Assembly (NCBI GenBank): GCA_030141605.1
Contig: JAQGDQ010000588.1
Location: 70,983 to 134,982, forward strand
Source of the DNA: Tubiluchus corallicola
Lineage: Eukaryota; Animalia; Priapulida
Direction of reading: 5' to 3'
DNA: 64,000 nt
Positions 28,830 through 64,000 of this stretch are shown here, piece after piece. A program made the translations under genes and the position numbers. Position 1 is the first letter of the stretch, and the number at the start of each line of letters is the position of its first letter. The notes beneath the pieces were generated by a model. It worked only from the letters and a program-made list of their open reading frames with translations, was not told the DNA's origin and made no database searches.

Positions 28830-29933
28830 AATGTATCACAGCATTTCTGTGAAAGTTATCGATTTTCTATTTATTTTTCTCTGTCCGAAGAAGTGGCTAA
28901 TTGCAGAAAATTTTTATGGGAGTGGTCCGTTTAAAGTGCTGCAACACATGAGAAAACATTTTCGAGACTCGTACATTGCTTCTCTCAGCTTCCCTTGTTA
29001 AGAGACAATTATGATAGGCATTGACAAAAATTAGTCCCTTTCATCACCCGGAAGTAAGCGCGAGCATAACACCAACAAATTAAGCAACTTCGATCTTCCT
29101 TCGCATGTTTTCAGTGTCAGAGCTCTATGCGTTCCATTGTTAGATTGTTACAGTGTCATGCAACCAGAACGTTTTAGTAATTACACTTCCTTCTGCTCCC
29201 AAAAATAACATTTCCAACGACACTTGAACACGAAATTAGACAATGTTGTCAGGTAACATTTAACGGCGGTATTAAGTTTCGTGTCTGTATAAATTCATAG
29301 AGGTATACGTAGTCTTGGAAAATTTTACTAAATAAAATTTTTTAAATTTGTCCTGCCACAACTTTAGCGCGAATGTTCGTAGTTCAAGCACCCCTTGTCA
29401 CATCGCTGTCAACAATTCTTCTGTTGTCTTGTCAGATTGCGATTAACGCCAAAATGAGTGCGCATACAGGTAGGAATCCTTTCCTCGTAGGCGCATCATA
29501 CGCCAACAAACTGTTTACTCAAGATTCATCATTCTAGCAAGAACATGTCACATTAACTAGCTTCATATTTCTGGACTGTTGCGTGGGCAGCAGTTGGCGC
29601 AGTTAATATGGCCTACACCTCTCGTGCGTGAGGGTTCAGGCCTGCTGTTCTAAAGCAAAATAATTGTAGCTGCTTGTAATGCGTTATTTGCAATCAGATC
29701 TAATTACTTCTCTCACTACGTTTTATCCAAACAGCGAAATCAAGTTGCAGCAGCACAAAGGTACGTGCTGCACTTATTCCTAGCGATTGGGTAATTAAAT
29801 GAGAAAATCATTTAGCTTTAACATCAATAACATACGTTACTCGTGTCCATACTGCAATCTCATCAGGGTTAATTACAAAGTCCCCAGAATTTATTAGGTT
29901 TCGTGGGCATATTAATGCAGTAAAGAGAAGTAT

Positions 29934-30300
29934 GTGACATCGGTGGATGACTATTGGACAGTATTACCTCAAATACAAATAATTAAGGCGCCCACCACAG
30001 TGAACGTGTTTAAAACCACTGTGTTACCTATAATGTTGTATGGCAGTACCATTTGGTTGACCAAAAATAATGCCGACAAGTTTGATGATCTTGTATTCCA
30101 CTGGACCAAGCTTCATCCGTCACGAGAGAAATTAGAATGGCTATGCGGCGTCCCACCACTGGACATTTTAACAGAGAGCATATTCATCAAGTTTAGATTA
30201 AAATATTAAATAAAGTCAATTCAGACTGATATCAACAGTCGTATTTTAACATACTCGAAAGCAAACATGAACTATATGTCTCACAGGTGGTACAATCTAC
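29934..30300 (+). mobile_element. LINE ORF2 C-terminal fragment
   Basis: VNVFKTTVLPIMLYGSTIW matches the post-RT 'YK..I.P.L.YG...W' motif; later LEWLCGVPPLD. Confidence 0.55.
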
Positions 30301-32311
30301 AAGTTCGGCAGCATATGGTAATTGCAGCATTAATGATTCATTGAACCTTTTACACCACTTGATCTGAATTTTTTAACAAGGCGGGAAAATTTTTGTGATT
30401 TAGGGATTTGGCGTAATACGTAATAATTTTGACGTATTTTCTCGTTATAGTTTCTAACAGTCGCTATATTTATTGTGCAAGGATGGCGTCGTTTAATGCG
30501 AAATGATCCAATCCATCAATGGAAACCATCATGCGCACAATGATTCAGCGTGACAAATTTGGGACTGGTGGAGCACAACCGGACGAAAGAGCACAAGTTT
30601 GAAAGAAAACCTGCTGCTTAAGGGACAGACTATCTGTTTTTAGAATTGTAATTTCACACGACAGTAGGCCCAAGTGAGGGGTTTTTATTATTGGAACTGA
30701 ATGGTGCAAATTGTGCCTTTAAAATGAACGCAATTGTATGTAATTATTCAGTCGGACCTGCTCTTTTTAGTAAGATTTGAAATTTGTGACACTTCTGATG
30801 TTCTTTCTATGTGAACGTACAACATATATGTAATGTATTAGGTTTTACGGCAGGTAATTTTAAAATAGGCTCACAAAACGTAGCAGTACGTAATGGTAAC
30901 TCAAAAGTGGGTGGCCTACCGTTGAAAAATATGCAAATGTTTTTCACGCTGCAGACCTCTTAGCAATAATGGAAACTTAATGGTTAAATTTTGTATCTCG
31001 ACAGATTCCGCTCATTTGATAACAAAATGTAAAACGAATTGTGCAGATTTCAATTTGCTGACTATTCAGACCTATATACATTATGATTTGTTAAAAAGCG
31101 AAGAAAATGAAAACTTTGGCTTGAGAAATTGTTGCTGATCCGACCTGTAGGACTACAAGAGTTAAAGCAAAATGACAATGTAAAAAACGCAAAGTTAGCA
31201 ATTAAAAATCTCTCGGTTTTTTACTGCAATGTCAGGGGATTTCTATTGTAAATTTTATTTTGACGTAAACCTCTAAAGCAAATCTGTACTTATTCCTCTA
31301 TTCTGCGTAATTGTCATAGCCCATAAATCAGTTTAAGCAGACATATTCAAGAAAAATAAACCACGAATAGATAATATTTATTTTAGTCTTCACTGCTCTC
31401 AAGCACATCAGTGGCAAGCAGGCGCAGATTCATAAAATTGATGAGTATCATATTACTAAAACGTTTGCTTTGTACATTTACTGTTAGCAGTGGAAATGTG
31501 CTGAGAGATAACGTTTTATGTAGTGTTATGGACCTTGCATGTGGTATTGTTGACTAAACTGGAAAAAGATACAATAACAAACGATTTTACTGTGCACAGG
31601 TTTTTTACTAGTTGTTTTAATTACATAACACAAACAATCCTATACCTTCAACTATCAGCGCGTAGAGCAAGTACTTGACCTAGCACTACATGTACAAATT
31701 ATTAAAAACGTACACAAAACAGATTTACAGCAAGACAGGATTGCATGTATGTAGTGAAAATAGATTAGTACAGTTAATTTTTGTTGACACTGAAGTGGAT
31801 TTAAAGACGATTCATCAAATTAGAGAAAAAACACAGAGAAATTGAAAATAAACTATAGCTTTATTAAATCAATAAAAATTCAATTAAAGATTGGCAAAAT
31901 ATTGTTCAGAAAACTCAATGAAGTAAGAATGGTGGATACCGTTACGTAGAAACATTATTAGCTAGTTCATTAGGTTGTGCTTAGTTTGAACTGCTTTTAA
32001 CAATGCCCATTGAAAGCTTTTGTAGAACACAGCAATTATTTGGCGTAACTATACTGGACCATAGGTTTCACAGATGCATCACGTGGTTAACCAGCACAGC
32101 ACTGGCAGCGCCAGGTCCATTGGTGGTTCTCTGGAGGAGGTTTGTTGCGCTAAAGGTAAACAGAACGCAGGCAAACACCCCTGCCAGATCACCAAAATAA
32201 CGGTGCTTCAACTGAGATAGAAAGAAGGACCTAGGAGGCTACGAGTGAGGTGCTGCTTGGCCAGATGGCTGACGTCCAGTGCAGTTTAGAAGAAGTTTCT
32301 TGACTAGACTC

Positions 32312-43237
<10,926 letters not shown>

Positions 43238-43553
43238 TCTGTCTGTGTATGTGTGAAATCAGGAAGAGGATCCTGGACAGATGCGTACAGCTGAAGCTAC
43301 CACGGGAATGGAGAGACACTGCCTCCAATGCAGAGTACAGTCGCTTGGCTGCTGTAAGCCCATTTTTGGGAATCGGTGATATTCGCTGATAGGCGTGCTT
43401 GGCAGGCTTCGAGTGAAATCGTATCCGGTGCACCGCCGAGTAAAAATATACACAGCAAGCACACTGCTCTATTTTAGACCTTCTCCTGACAGTCCTCGCA
43501 GCAGACATTTTCGAGGGATGATCCAGAAGTCGCGACGATTACGGCGCCCCTAA

Positions 43554-43561
43554 TGACGTCA
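43554..43561. promoter_or_regulatory. Perfect CRE (TGACGTCA) in a GC-richer patch upstream of the RLC first exon
   Basis: Palindromic TGACGTCA about 320 bp 5' of the ATG exon; function is inferred only. Confidence 0.3.
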
Positions 43562-46500
43562 CTGGAGGCGTGAAGCATCTGTTGTAAGACCGAAAATAAC
43601 GTGAGACCTTAGTATGTTTGCACAGTCAGTTTGAGATATATTTTTTATCCCGATGAAGACCGTGTGGAAAATGTATTGGCAGAGACAAACCTTGTAGCAC
43701 CTGTAAGAGGTCTAACTGGTCTGTACTAAGTGCAGATGCGGGCGTCTCATAGCATAACCTGCTGTATGTCATGATACGTTTTTCATCTTCATAAAACTGA
43801 CATTCGGTAACAGGTGAATTTTTCACGTACTGAAAATTCTAAAGATGACGTTGCATCATATATCGGTTAGATATTTTGACGTTTACGTTTACGTCTTTAA
43901 AAACTCTCTTAGAATGCTGGTTTCACACACAAAAAATGTTTTCTTTTTTTAGCAAACATATAATACAGAGTGCACGAATTTTCCACTTTACGTAAAATCA
44001 CTGGACAGTGGATAATGTCCTCACAAAAACAGTTTTAACTTTGATAAGTTTTGCTTTATAATTCAATTAACGATTCTTCTCTGAGTGCTTAAAAGTCTTG
44101 ATAGAATATTTTCTGCATGCTGATATACAAGATTACATACAAGAATATTATCATAAAATTAGCTTTCTAGCAGACTAGCACCAGTTTCGGCAAAAAATTG
44201 TCCAGATAATATACATATTTTTAATAAATTTGCCAAATTTGTGCATTAAAATAAATAGAATTGAGTTGCATACGATTTGCAGATGTACAAACATAGTCGA
44301 ATATAGCTTTTCAAGCAATGTGTGTAGCTGACTTATCATGGTTTGTGCTTACCGATCGCAGGTAAGCAAAACCGAGGATGGTCAAAGAAGTGGCCGTCTA
44401 GTCCGGTACTCACTCTAGATAGTTTCACTCGTCATACTGAATTTTTTTGTTTATTTCGTCACTAAGGGACCGCGTATTCACGCCGAACGCTCCCAACCTG
44501 TTCCATCGTTGAAATCGTTGAGAATTGTAAGTTAGCTCTGCCACTGTGTGCTGAATTCCAGCTTGTTTTTTATTATACAAAACGGCTTTATTTGTGACAA
44601 CGTAAAAACGTCTGCAAATAAAATTCAAACTGCTAAGTACCCATTATTCAGTTATTCAACTTTCCTTTTTAGATAAGCTCTCATGTCAGTTTGTGCTTTG
44701 GAATGTACCATGACAAACGGTTCGGGATGCAGAAAGTCCAGGCCATTGGGTGCTTTTGAATCCTGTATTTGGTGTAAGTGTTCTCACTGTGATAAAAGCC
44801 AGGACCTGTCCTGGGTTTTCCAAAACCACATAAAAGGAGCTGGTCTCAGAAGGTACCACATCCAGGACTCATTGCCGTAAACCCTACCTTGTAGTGAAAA
44901 TACGTCAATACCGGTCAGATAAAAAACAGGAGCAAGAGTCTCCTCGACTCTCCTTGACTAATCTAGCAAGCAGCAGTAGCATCAGCATCAGCAGTCGCAC
45001 CACCACCACCACCAGCAGCAGCAGCTGTAGCAGTAGAAGCACATTTCGAAACCAATATAAACTGTTTTTAATGCGGGCGAAATGGCTACAGCCATTTACG
45101 CAGAGTATACAGTCACTACAGTATAGCGTAAATAGGTACAAGTGACGTGAGACAAAACTACCAGGATGTCCTGGCAGCATTTTATGTGATAAACAGGGTT
45201 CATGTCGCATTCTGAAATACGTACCGATGAACAATAAACTTCATTTATTCATCAGATGCACCACCAGTTTACGACTTTTGATGGTCTGTTTAGCGAATGC
45301 TCTTGGCTGTTTTTCTTGTTGATGTATGCAGTATGCTCCTCTACTTGTGCAGCATCTCATCTAATAATCAAAGAGGATCCCGGCATAATACTTAGCAATG
45401 TGATACTTAGTTGTCTGTCCCACCACAACCATTTACATTAAGTAGCCTGCCAATGGATGCTGGATATCAATTTGCATAACAGATAAAAATAAAGAAAATA
45501 ATATACATATAACAGCAACAGAGAAAGAATAAAATAACTAGTTAGGTAATAGCATATGTGTGCTTATAACTAGTTATATAGTAGCATATGTGTATAAGAG
45601 GCTGCCGAGTTGCAGATATGTCACAGTTGTATTAAAAATGCATATAATTATATCATAACAAATGAGTGACGTGTAGTGTGTATACTATAATGTCACTGGT
45701 AATTTGGTAATTCTAGCTTCACACGTTTTTGTAAAATTTTCACCTTTCCATTAGCATATTATGGAATTATGTAACTTTCTCATCGAATTATACACCTCTA
45801 GAATGTCACGAATTTGCAGGGTGTCTAAAAAAGAAAAGTCTCTTCTGGTTAAGTCATTTAAAACAACTTTAACAAATGAAAGAGTGTGGCTTTAAGCCAA
45901 TGTAAGCTATCTAGCTTTCTTACATATAAATCTTTTAATGTTTAAATAATCACATTTGCCGTAATTATCATTATAATTACATTTAATAAATTCCAGATTG
46001 TAACCAAATGTTGACTGCACAGAATATACTGCATTTTTCTCAAAAAAAGTTCACAATAGTATATAGTGTCTGTATTACTAATTTTCCATTAGTGAAATGT
46101 GTGAAAGATCACACCACATAAAAACGTCTCCTGATTTAAATTGACAAAGCATGCTATGAAGCTAGACTGATTTTACAAAGTTTCGTGGTAAGATTAGAAG
46201 GGAATGTTTAAGATTAGAAGGGAATGTTTAACTGAATAATTGCATGTTTGGATATTACTGCAAAATTTTAAAGGTTTTTGCTTGTCAATACAAATTTATT
46301 AAACTACAAAAATATGAGTGTTAGAAGGATAAGAAAGCTTATTTCGAAAAGTGTTTCCCAAACTTAAAGTAAGACGCGATGATCTTTCATATGCTAACCT
46401 TTTTCAAGTCCGATAAAAGTATACATTTAACACAATTAATACTGCAAAAGTACGGTGCTACTGTAAGATATTCAGTGTGTTATACTAAACTAGGCAAGTT

Positions 46501-48569
46501 TTACAATAAAAATTCAAATTTCAAATTTACCGCTGGGCTCACGTTTGAGCTATCGAACGTGTGTAGTTCGTCAGAAACTAACACATTTGAAATGAGAGGT
46601 ACAGCACCTGTTTTTGTGCAATGCGTTTCCAAAATGTAGGCGCTAGTCGCCGTCTAACTAGCGAATGGCGAAATGCATGTAACGGCGAAGAACTAGTGGC
46701 GCGATCGCGAAATTGTGTTTGTGTGGTAATAATTCTTTCACTATTTTGAAAAAAACAGTATGTTTCCTTTCAATATTTTAAGGAGTAGATTGTTTTGACT
46801 CACAGTTCAAGATTGGGTCCGGTTTTCCTTTAAGTGATGGTTTATTAGTGCCAATGGTGGCACAAATACTGAGGCAGATATTCTCCGAGGACAGTCCACA
46901 GCTTCGTTTAGCTGACGTCACGTACAGAGTATTTTATCACCTTGTCTAATCTACAGTGGTATGGTTGTTGTGTGGCTGCTGTAAATTTGGATGTTTACGC
47001 ATTCTGAAACGGATCGTGCAGCCGCGATGAAAATTATTACGATCCGCTGTAGAGTTTCAAATACCGATTAAACCTTTATGGACGCTGTAAAGACGTACAA
47101 CTTATTTATGAGTGGCACAACGCCCAGCTTTCAAGCATAGGCGCTTATAAATAATTGTCATTTATTCATAATTATTGTCATTATAATTATTTGAAGCAGA
47201 AGAACATTAATCATATTCCTAGAATATTTAATTAGGGCCTGCTATTGGCTTACTACATTACAGAATATGACTATACATTTCCCTGTTCGTGCAGGCTAAA
47301 CTTGAATAATAATCTAAATGATCACAGGCAGCCATAAATACATATTAAATTTCGCATTGCGTTACGACTTACATATCTAGTATTTATTATGTATGAAATA
47401 GAAGAGACTTTTCCTGAGACTTGTAATCATCAACAGAGAAAAACGTAATGCCCTTTACAGTCTCAAAGATGGTCTCAAATATTATAATCTTTGAGATTAT
47501 AAAAGGCTTAGGTTTTTCTCTGTTAGTTATATTCAGACAATGAACCATTAAATTTTACAAAGAGCAATAAAAATACAGTGTAATGCCATTTATAAAATGT
47601 GAGATATTAACGCAATTAAAAATATTACAAATATAATACAATAAAATGTTAGTTTAGAATTCTCATATTGGGTGAAATCCGCCCCGATACATTGTAAACA
47701 CAACAACATCCAAGTATCTGCACATCAAATCGTGTAGCATCACATTACAGCTAGAAAGAATACGCTGTCTATACACACTTAAAATCACTTATGACGTAAA
47801 ACCACAACTTCAATGAGGTACAACAAAATTACTACAACTTATAAATGAGGCCGAAACACCAAAGTGACAAGTAAAAAGTTCAAAGTAAAATGGTAAGCTG
47901 ATTGTAGTTTGCGAAAGGTATGCTGATTATAACTCATCCAAAGAGGCAACTCGTAAAAAGTTGCACAATTAGAGCGAAACAAAGTTTGATTTCAACATTT
48001 GAGCAATTAGAAGACATGGTTTACTGAATTTTCTTAAGTTAAGACGTGTCATGATGAGTCAGTAAGATTGTCATTATAGTATTGTGTATACAATTGCTAA
48101 GATTTGGGCTAATAACATATGTATACCATTTAATTTACTTCAAAATTAGTTATTAAATTTTTAGTTGAATCGCAAATAATTTGTTAGTTACGACGACACT
48201 GTAGTGCATAACTGCTAAATTACATAAAATTGACATTTTTGTTATTAGTGATTACGAATATTACGCTATTCGCTACTAGCATAAAAGTTTTATTATGTTT
48301 AGATGGAATGCCACGTTTTGATTAAATAAATGGATAATAAATACTGAGCAACTTGCATAATCCAAGCGTCTTAAAAAACGAAACAACTTCATGTGAAACA
48401 ACCTTGACAACTTGGCAGCCGTTTTGTGAGTTAGCCTATGTGAACATCATGCTATAGGCTGCGTGCGTGACCTATTTTACAAATAGGGCATTCTTCACTT
48501 TAGCGTACAGTTGGATCTACCTAGACCCGAGAAAAACAAGAAAATGTATTAACAAAGAAAGTAATAATT

Positions 48570-49142
48570 AAAAATAAAACTGCTGAACAGTTACGAACAA
48601 TTTTACGCAAAGGAAGCTTGATGGTAGCTGGCGGAAAAGCTGAGTTGGTGTGACGAGTCTGAGATTGTGAATTATGGGTTTAGTAAATCAGCAGGTGCAG
48701 ACGGCCAATCCGGTGGCATGGAGACGGCGCTTGGTTCTCAGGACTCGTCGACACGGCCAACTGGCACTGATGACGGGCGTGTTATTTTTGTAGCCTCAAC
48801 TTTTGAAAGTGTTTTAAGAACATTTACCAAGTCCACGAGGAAAGGCAGTCCGAGGAAGCTGAAGAGTCAAGAGCTGAAAATTCGTAAATAGGAGCTCAAA
48901 CTACAGGCCATGAAGCTGAACCCGAATGTCTGCAGGTAGAGATGTCATCAGTTGGTGGCGTTAATGATGATGACAGTCAGAATGAGGTCGCGTCTAGGCA
49001 GGATGTGGCGCCATCTGCTGGTGAAAACTGCAAACAAAAAGTAACTGACTTATTGCAAACATCCGGTCTTCTTGCAAACGAGGTTTCAGGTGATGTCACA
49101 CTAAAGGAGGAACAAATATGCTCAAAAGAGCCTTCTTTTTAA
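48570..49142 (+). mobile_element. Decayed SAP-domain/gag-like ORF remnant (probable retroelement relic)
   Basis: NKTAEQLRTILRKGSLMVAGGKAELV*RV fits the SAP helix-extension-helix pattern; followed by coiled-coil-like RKLKSQELKIRK*ELKLQAMK with in-frame stops. Confidence 0.35.
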
Positions 49143-49919
49143 GTAACAATTTATTTAGCAATTCCGTGTGTTAAAACTATTACATGGCATTACACATAAA
49201 ATTTGCACAAACATCCGTTACATTAATAATTTTCCTGTTGCTGAATAACATGAAATTTGTTTTACTTAAATTTAACGACAATTTGTTTATTGCGAACCAA
49301 TCGCTTAATTTGCCTAGTTCAGAATTTACTATTGTACACAATTCTCTTAGATTTTGCCGGCAGAAAATAGTGTCGTGTCGTCAGCAACTAAAATAAATTT
49401 TAATAATTTTGATACATTACATATATCATTAACATAGACAATGAACAATTTTTGACCTAAAACTTATCCCTGTGGAGCGCCACAAACCGCATCTAAGTAA
49501 TCAGATTCATTATTATCTATTTTAAAATACTGTACTCTCTTTTGTAAGTAGCTCTTTACCTAATCTTGTGCAATACCTCTTATTCCATACGTTTCTAATT
49601 TATTTACTAGTAGCTCATGATCGATCGTATCAAATGATCTTTTCAAGTTTATAGATATATGAACTATATAACATTTTTTTGTGATTTTCAGCCAAGCAAA
49701 GCTAGTGCAGTGCTTAGGTGAGATCTAAAACCATACTGGCATTTACATAAGTAAATTGCCTATGCCGTAGAAGTTATCTAAGCGCAACACAGACAGTTTT
49801 TCTAAAATTTTGGGAGAACTGTGGGAGTAAAGCAGCTGGTCTATGGTTTGTGAAAACAGTCTTGTTACCTGCTTTGTGGGCAAATATTTCTTTCGCCGAT
49901 TTTATCTTTTCTGGAAAAA

Positions 49920-50530
49920 TACGACTACTCTGTTCACTAATAACGAGTGCGCATAGGTGCTAGTATGCAAGCGCAGGTGCTAGCATGCAATCTACAGCAG
50001 GTTAAAACGAAACGTTGCTTGGTGATGATGATTACAAGCGGTTTCTTATGTTCTGGTAGAGCAACTTAGAAACAAAGTATGTAAAGTTTGTAAATTTGAT
50101 TGATAGTCATGATATTGAAAATCTATTTTTATTGAGTCAACCAGAGTTGAATGTTCCATTTACTAACTTGCATTGTAAATGGCAGTTAACTCAATTTAGG
50201 GATTTAGATACTTTAGTACTAAGTAACATTGATGACATGTTCAATTATGAAGAGTTCTCTGCTGCTTCTAATGTCGGCTGGCTGGACTTTAATTGTGGGG
50301 TGGTCGTGTTCAGGCCTAGTCTAAGTACTTATGAAAAACTTGTATTGCTTGCACAGACGGACGTTAGTACATTTAACGGAGGAGACCAGAGTTTGTTAAA
50401 TTTATATTTCAGTATCTGGTGAACAGATTTTCATAAGCATCTGACTTTTGCATATATATAATGCAGAAGGGTGCCTACGGTTATTTGTCTGCTTTTAAAC
50501 AATTTGGAAATCATGCTAATGTTGTTTAAG
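49920..50530 (+). pseudogene. GYG: Glycogenin (GT8) pseudogene, intronless and disabled
   Basis: IDSHD..L.LLSQPELNVPFTNLHC.WQLTQF..DLDTLVLSNIDDMF..EEFSAA..GWLDFNCGVVVFRPS..TY..L...FNGGDQSLLNLYFS.W*TDFHKHL..YN is collinear with glycogenin. It has in-frame stops, frameshifts and a deletion before the DxD motif. Confidence 0.85.
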
Positions 50531-50960
50531 CTGATAGCTGATGAAGGAAATCAATTCTTAATGTAAAAACGATTGCCAGTACCCACTTAAACAAAGACAT
50601 GGCTTTTATTCAAACATAACATCTGCAAAGTTTCGATATACCCTACGTCATGATCATGGGCAACACACCTAAATAAAAGTACAGTGTAAAAGATACAAAA
50701 ATGAACATTGTGACAAGTAAACAAGACAAATATTAAAAAATTGTAAACTTATATATCGTGTGGTTCAAAGCCAAATGACAGAAAAAATAAAGTTATGTTA
50801 GTCCACCTTTATTTCGTCTTAAAAACCAAACAATGATGATGACGATGAATATGGAAGCCTTTCCAGTCATGTCACACACTCTCATGTTCAGTATAACTAT
50901 TTACCACCCCCTGCCACTAAGACAGTGAAAATAAATGAACAGTCAAACAGAGCTATTAAA

Positions 50961-60846
<9,886 letters not shown>

Positions 60847-61394
60847 CTAATAGTAATAATGAAACTTTTTTGTAGTAAGTTATCTAGCAACGCTGTATAC
60901 GAACGCTGTAAGCAATATTATAAAACATATAGAATGCGTATAAAACACATAGAATGCGTGGAGACACTTTTGTAACAAATGTTGTCAACCGGCACGCTCA
61001 GCGCACAGTGGATACCTGAATTCGCGCTTTAATCGACAAAAGTTGCTGCACCTAAAATCTGGAATTCTCTCCCTGTAGCTTTAAAACAAGTTAGCTCAAT
61101 TTACAAATTTAGAATGAAAGAAAAAATTATTTGTTCAATAACTATTGACTACCTGTGTTTTTGCGTGTTTCTGGTGTATTCTGTTAATGTATAATATATG
61201 TATATAATGTATATCTTTGTTAGCTGTCATAAGTTCGGCATTGTTGTCTATTATGTACATTTTGATAAGCATTTGTGCAATGTATGTATTATGTACGTAT
61301 AAATAATGTAATTTTTATAGCCTATATGTATTTTGACAAGCAGCGTATAATGTATAATATGTGTTATGTATTAAGTATAGTATAATGTATAGCA

Positions 61395-61750
<356 letters not shown>

Positions 61751-61833
61751 CTCACGAGGTTTCTGGTATATAATGTACATATTACGTTACTTAACCTAAC
61801 ATGACTAATCTGCACCTCTAATCTCGCTCTTCT

Positions 61834-64000
61834 CTATACCTGTAAAGTATGTATCGTGCACATTTCATACCTGTACGGGTTTCACACATTTGAAAGAAGC
61901 CGTGAGTATCGCAGGTATTGCAGAGCACAACCACAAGACGACTGGAGGGGGTATTAGCAGGACTCCTTCTCTACTATACTAATTAGGTTAACAATACAAT
62001 AGTGCTATAGAATAATACTACAATACAATAATACAAGCAAATTACACGAGCAAGTGTGCAGCTGTCACTATAAAGAACTTGACAGTGAAATGAAAAGGTG
62101 ACAAACAAGTAAAGAAAAATATCGTAAATAATAGATGGTTTGTCACACTGGCATCTAGGGTAAAAGTTGGGTAATAATAATCTCTGTTATGTAATTTGTT
62201 ATTTACTGTCGGCGACAAATGCTTCGTGGCAGGCTTGTGTTATCTGTTGAATTTAAAGCCGAGTTTTATTAAATGTTATTGTTGCTGTTTGTCAGAGACT
62301 ACTACTTCATGATACACAAAGTCAAAAAATTCATGTTTGAGTAGCTTTATTACGTTTTATCTGTAAGAAAAAATCATAACAAAATATAACAAACTAATTT
62401 GAGCCAAAAAAGAAACAAAGAAATTAATAATGAAGTGAGACTGAATAATCAAAATAAACTTACATCATGGCTCTACTACTCTTGACAAATAAATGGTTTA
62501 ACTGAGACAAACAAAAACAACAACAACAACTCTCTTAGCCAAGAACAGACTGCCAACTACCCTTTTAAACTAGCCTACTAAAGTAAAGCATGACAGAAAG
62601 AAGCCAAGTCAAGACATACATGCCTATGCAGTTAAAGGACAGTATAGGGAGTTTACAGAATGAGAGAACACTGAAGTAATAAAATAACCTAAAATCCTTC
62701 ACAGAGTTAAAAAACCTAAAAAATCCGAAACAGTTAGAACGTTCATATACTGAAACTTCTGCTCCTAACACAAACAGATCCCGTCTTCTGTGGGATGAAA
62801 CGTGGAATCGTCTCTACACCCCCCAGCCCCTCGGCCTCCACTCTTCTTAAATGAGAAAAAAGAGATTTGGAAATCTTGAGAAGAGGGGAGGTGACGCGAC
62901 AATTTAATCAGCTGAAAAATGGCAGCCTCAAGTTCAACAGTGACTTGGACTTGATGGATAGAAGTTTATATAATGACAGCATAATAAGTCCCAGATTTAA
63001 ATAAGACATAAATCATAAGTGTTGGTATTACAATATAAAATGTGTACTTGCTGGTAAATACAGAACACATAGTTGTTAATATTTTCTGTAACAAAGGATC
63101 AAGTTGTTATTGACAATGGCACATGATTTGATAATTTGTGTTTATTTTAATTTGAGGTAAGTGATAAATATGCTGAGTTACGCCATGATTCCGAAAACGT
63201 GCTTTGATAAATTTTCCTCTTTAAATTTACAGACTGAATATTAACATACTTGTCATTGTTAACATAATGTAGCTATACAATTTTCAAACAGACGGTTTCG
63301 CCCGTTTGTTAAAAAGAATATATAGTATTTGATACTTTGATACCATGGTTTATATTATTATTCCAGTGGGTAAAGACGACTGATCAAGCGAAATTCGCTT
63401 ATAGGATATGCCACACCCAATGGAGGCAATTTCGCCAACCAATATAATCTTGTTTGTAGGAGATTCTCTGACGTATTATATTGAGACTGGAACATCGTAA
63501 GTTACGATTCTTTTTTCATGATTCCTCGGAACCACTTTGGAACTCCCGTCTCATGGATCTTGCAAGATCAAGTCAGCTAAAAATATTAACAAACAAAATT
63601 TAAAATGTCTTTCTGCCTATATGCCTGTCTTGTCTGAGCCCACGCATCTGTCCTTTCATCCACCCATCTATCTCCTTTCGAGTAGCGTCAGGTCTTTTTA
63701 AACAAAACGAGTCATTTTGAAATTGGTAGCACTACTGTTATCGTAATTTGCCTGCCAAATTTTTCAGTTTTTCTACTGTACAACAAACATGAATTCAAAC
63801 TTAAACAGCACCAAGTCTTCATTTGTAGCTCAAAATTAGCCTAAAATATTGACAAGGAAATATTATATTATAGTACAGATTTACAACCCAATTTAAAGAG
63901 TTTCTGCCTCAAATACCTGCTTTCTTTAATTTTTCATGGTGGAACAACAGCGCCTGCTTACAGTCTAATGATACTCTAATCTTTTTAGTTTAACTGTTCG
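61834..64000 (-). repeat. Right arm of large inverted duplication (runs off the window end); holds a frameshifted copy of one pentraxin exon
   Basis: Near-identical reverse complement of 57218-59393; the exon copy at about 63366-63496 carries two 2-bp deletions. Confidence 0.97.

Overview
AT-rich, intron-rich animal (invertebrate-type) genomic DNA, not prokaryotic. Most ORFs in the supplied track are spurious or are exon fragments. By splice-site and phase reading I reconstruct four spliced genes. (1) + strand 1086-13752: a BLNK/SLP-76-like adaptor with YxxP/Pro-rich N-terminus and C-terminal SH2 domain. (2) - strand 28829-17488: a two-exon class A GPCR with melatonin-receptor-like motifs, whose ~10 kb intron holds a decayed LINE, a TSD-flanked solo LTR and MITEs. 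(3) - strand 43237-32312: a myosin II regulatory light chain carrying two tandem paralogous 102-nt exons only 29 nt apart (apparent mutually exclusive exons). (4) - strand 60846-50961: a pentraxin-domain gene with no 5' end found. Also present are an intronless decayed glycogenin pseudogene, many micro- and minisatellites, MITE/SINE remnants, and a near-identical inverted duplication of at least 2.17 kb (57218-59393 vs 61834-64000). That duplication may be a very young rearrangement or an assembly/fold-back artefact. No CRISPR, rRNA or convincing tRNA gene was seen. I found no wholly new system; the strongest leads are the myosin light chain exon pair and the inverted duplication.
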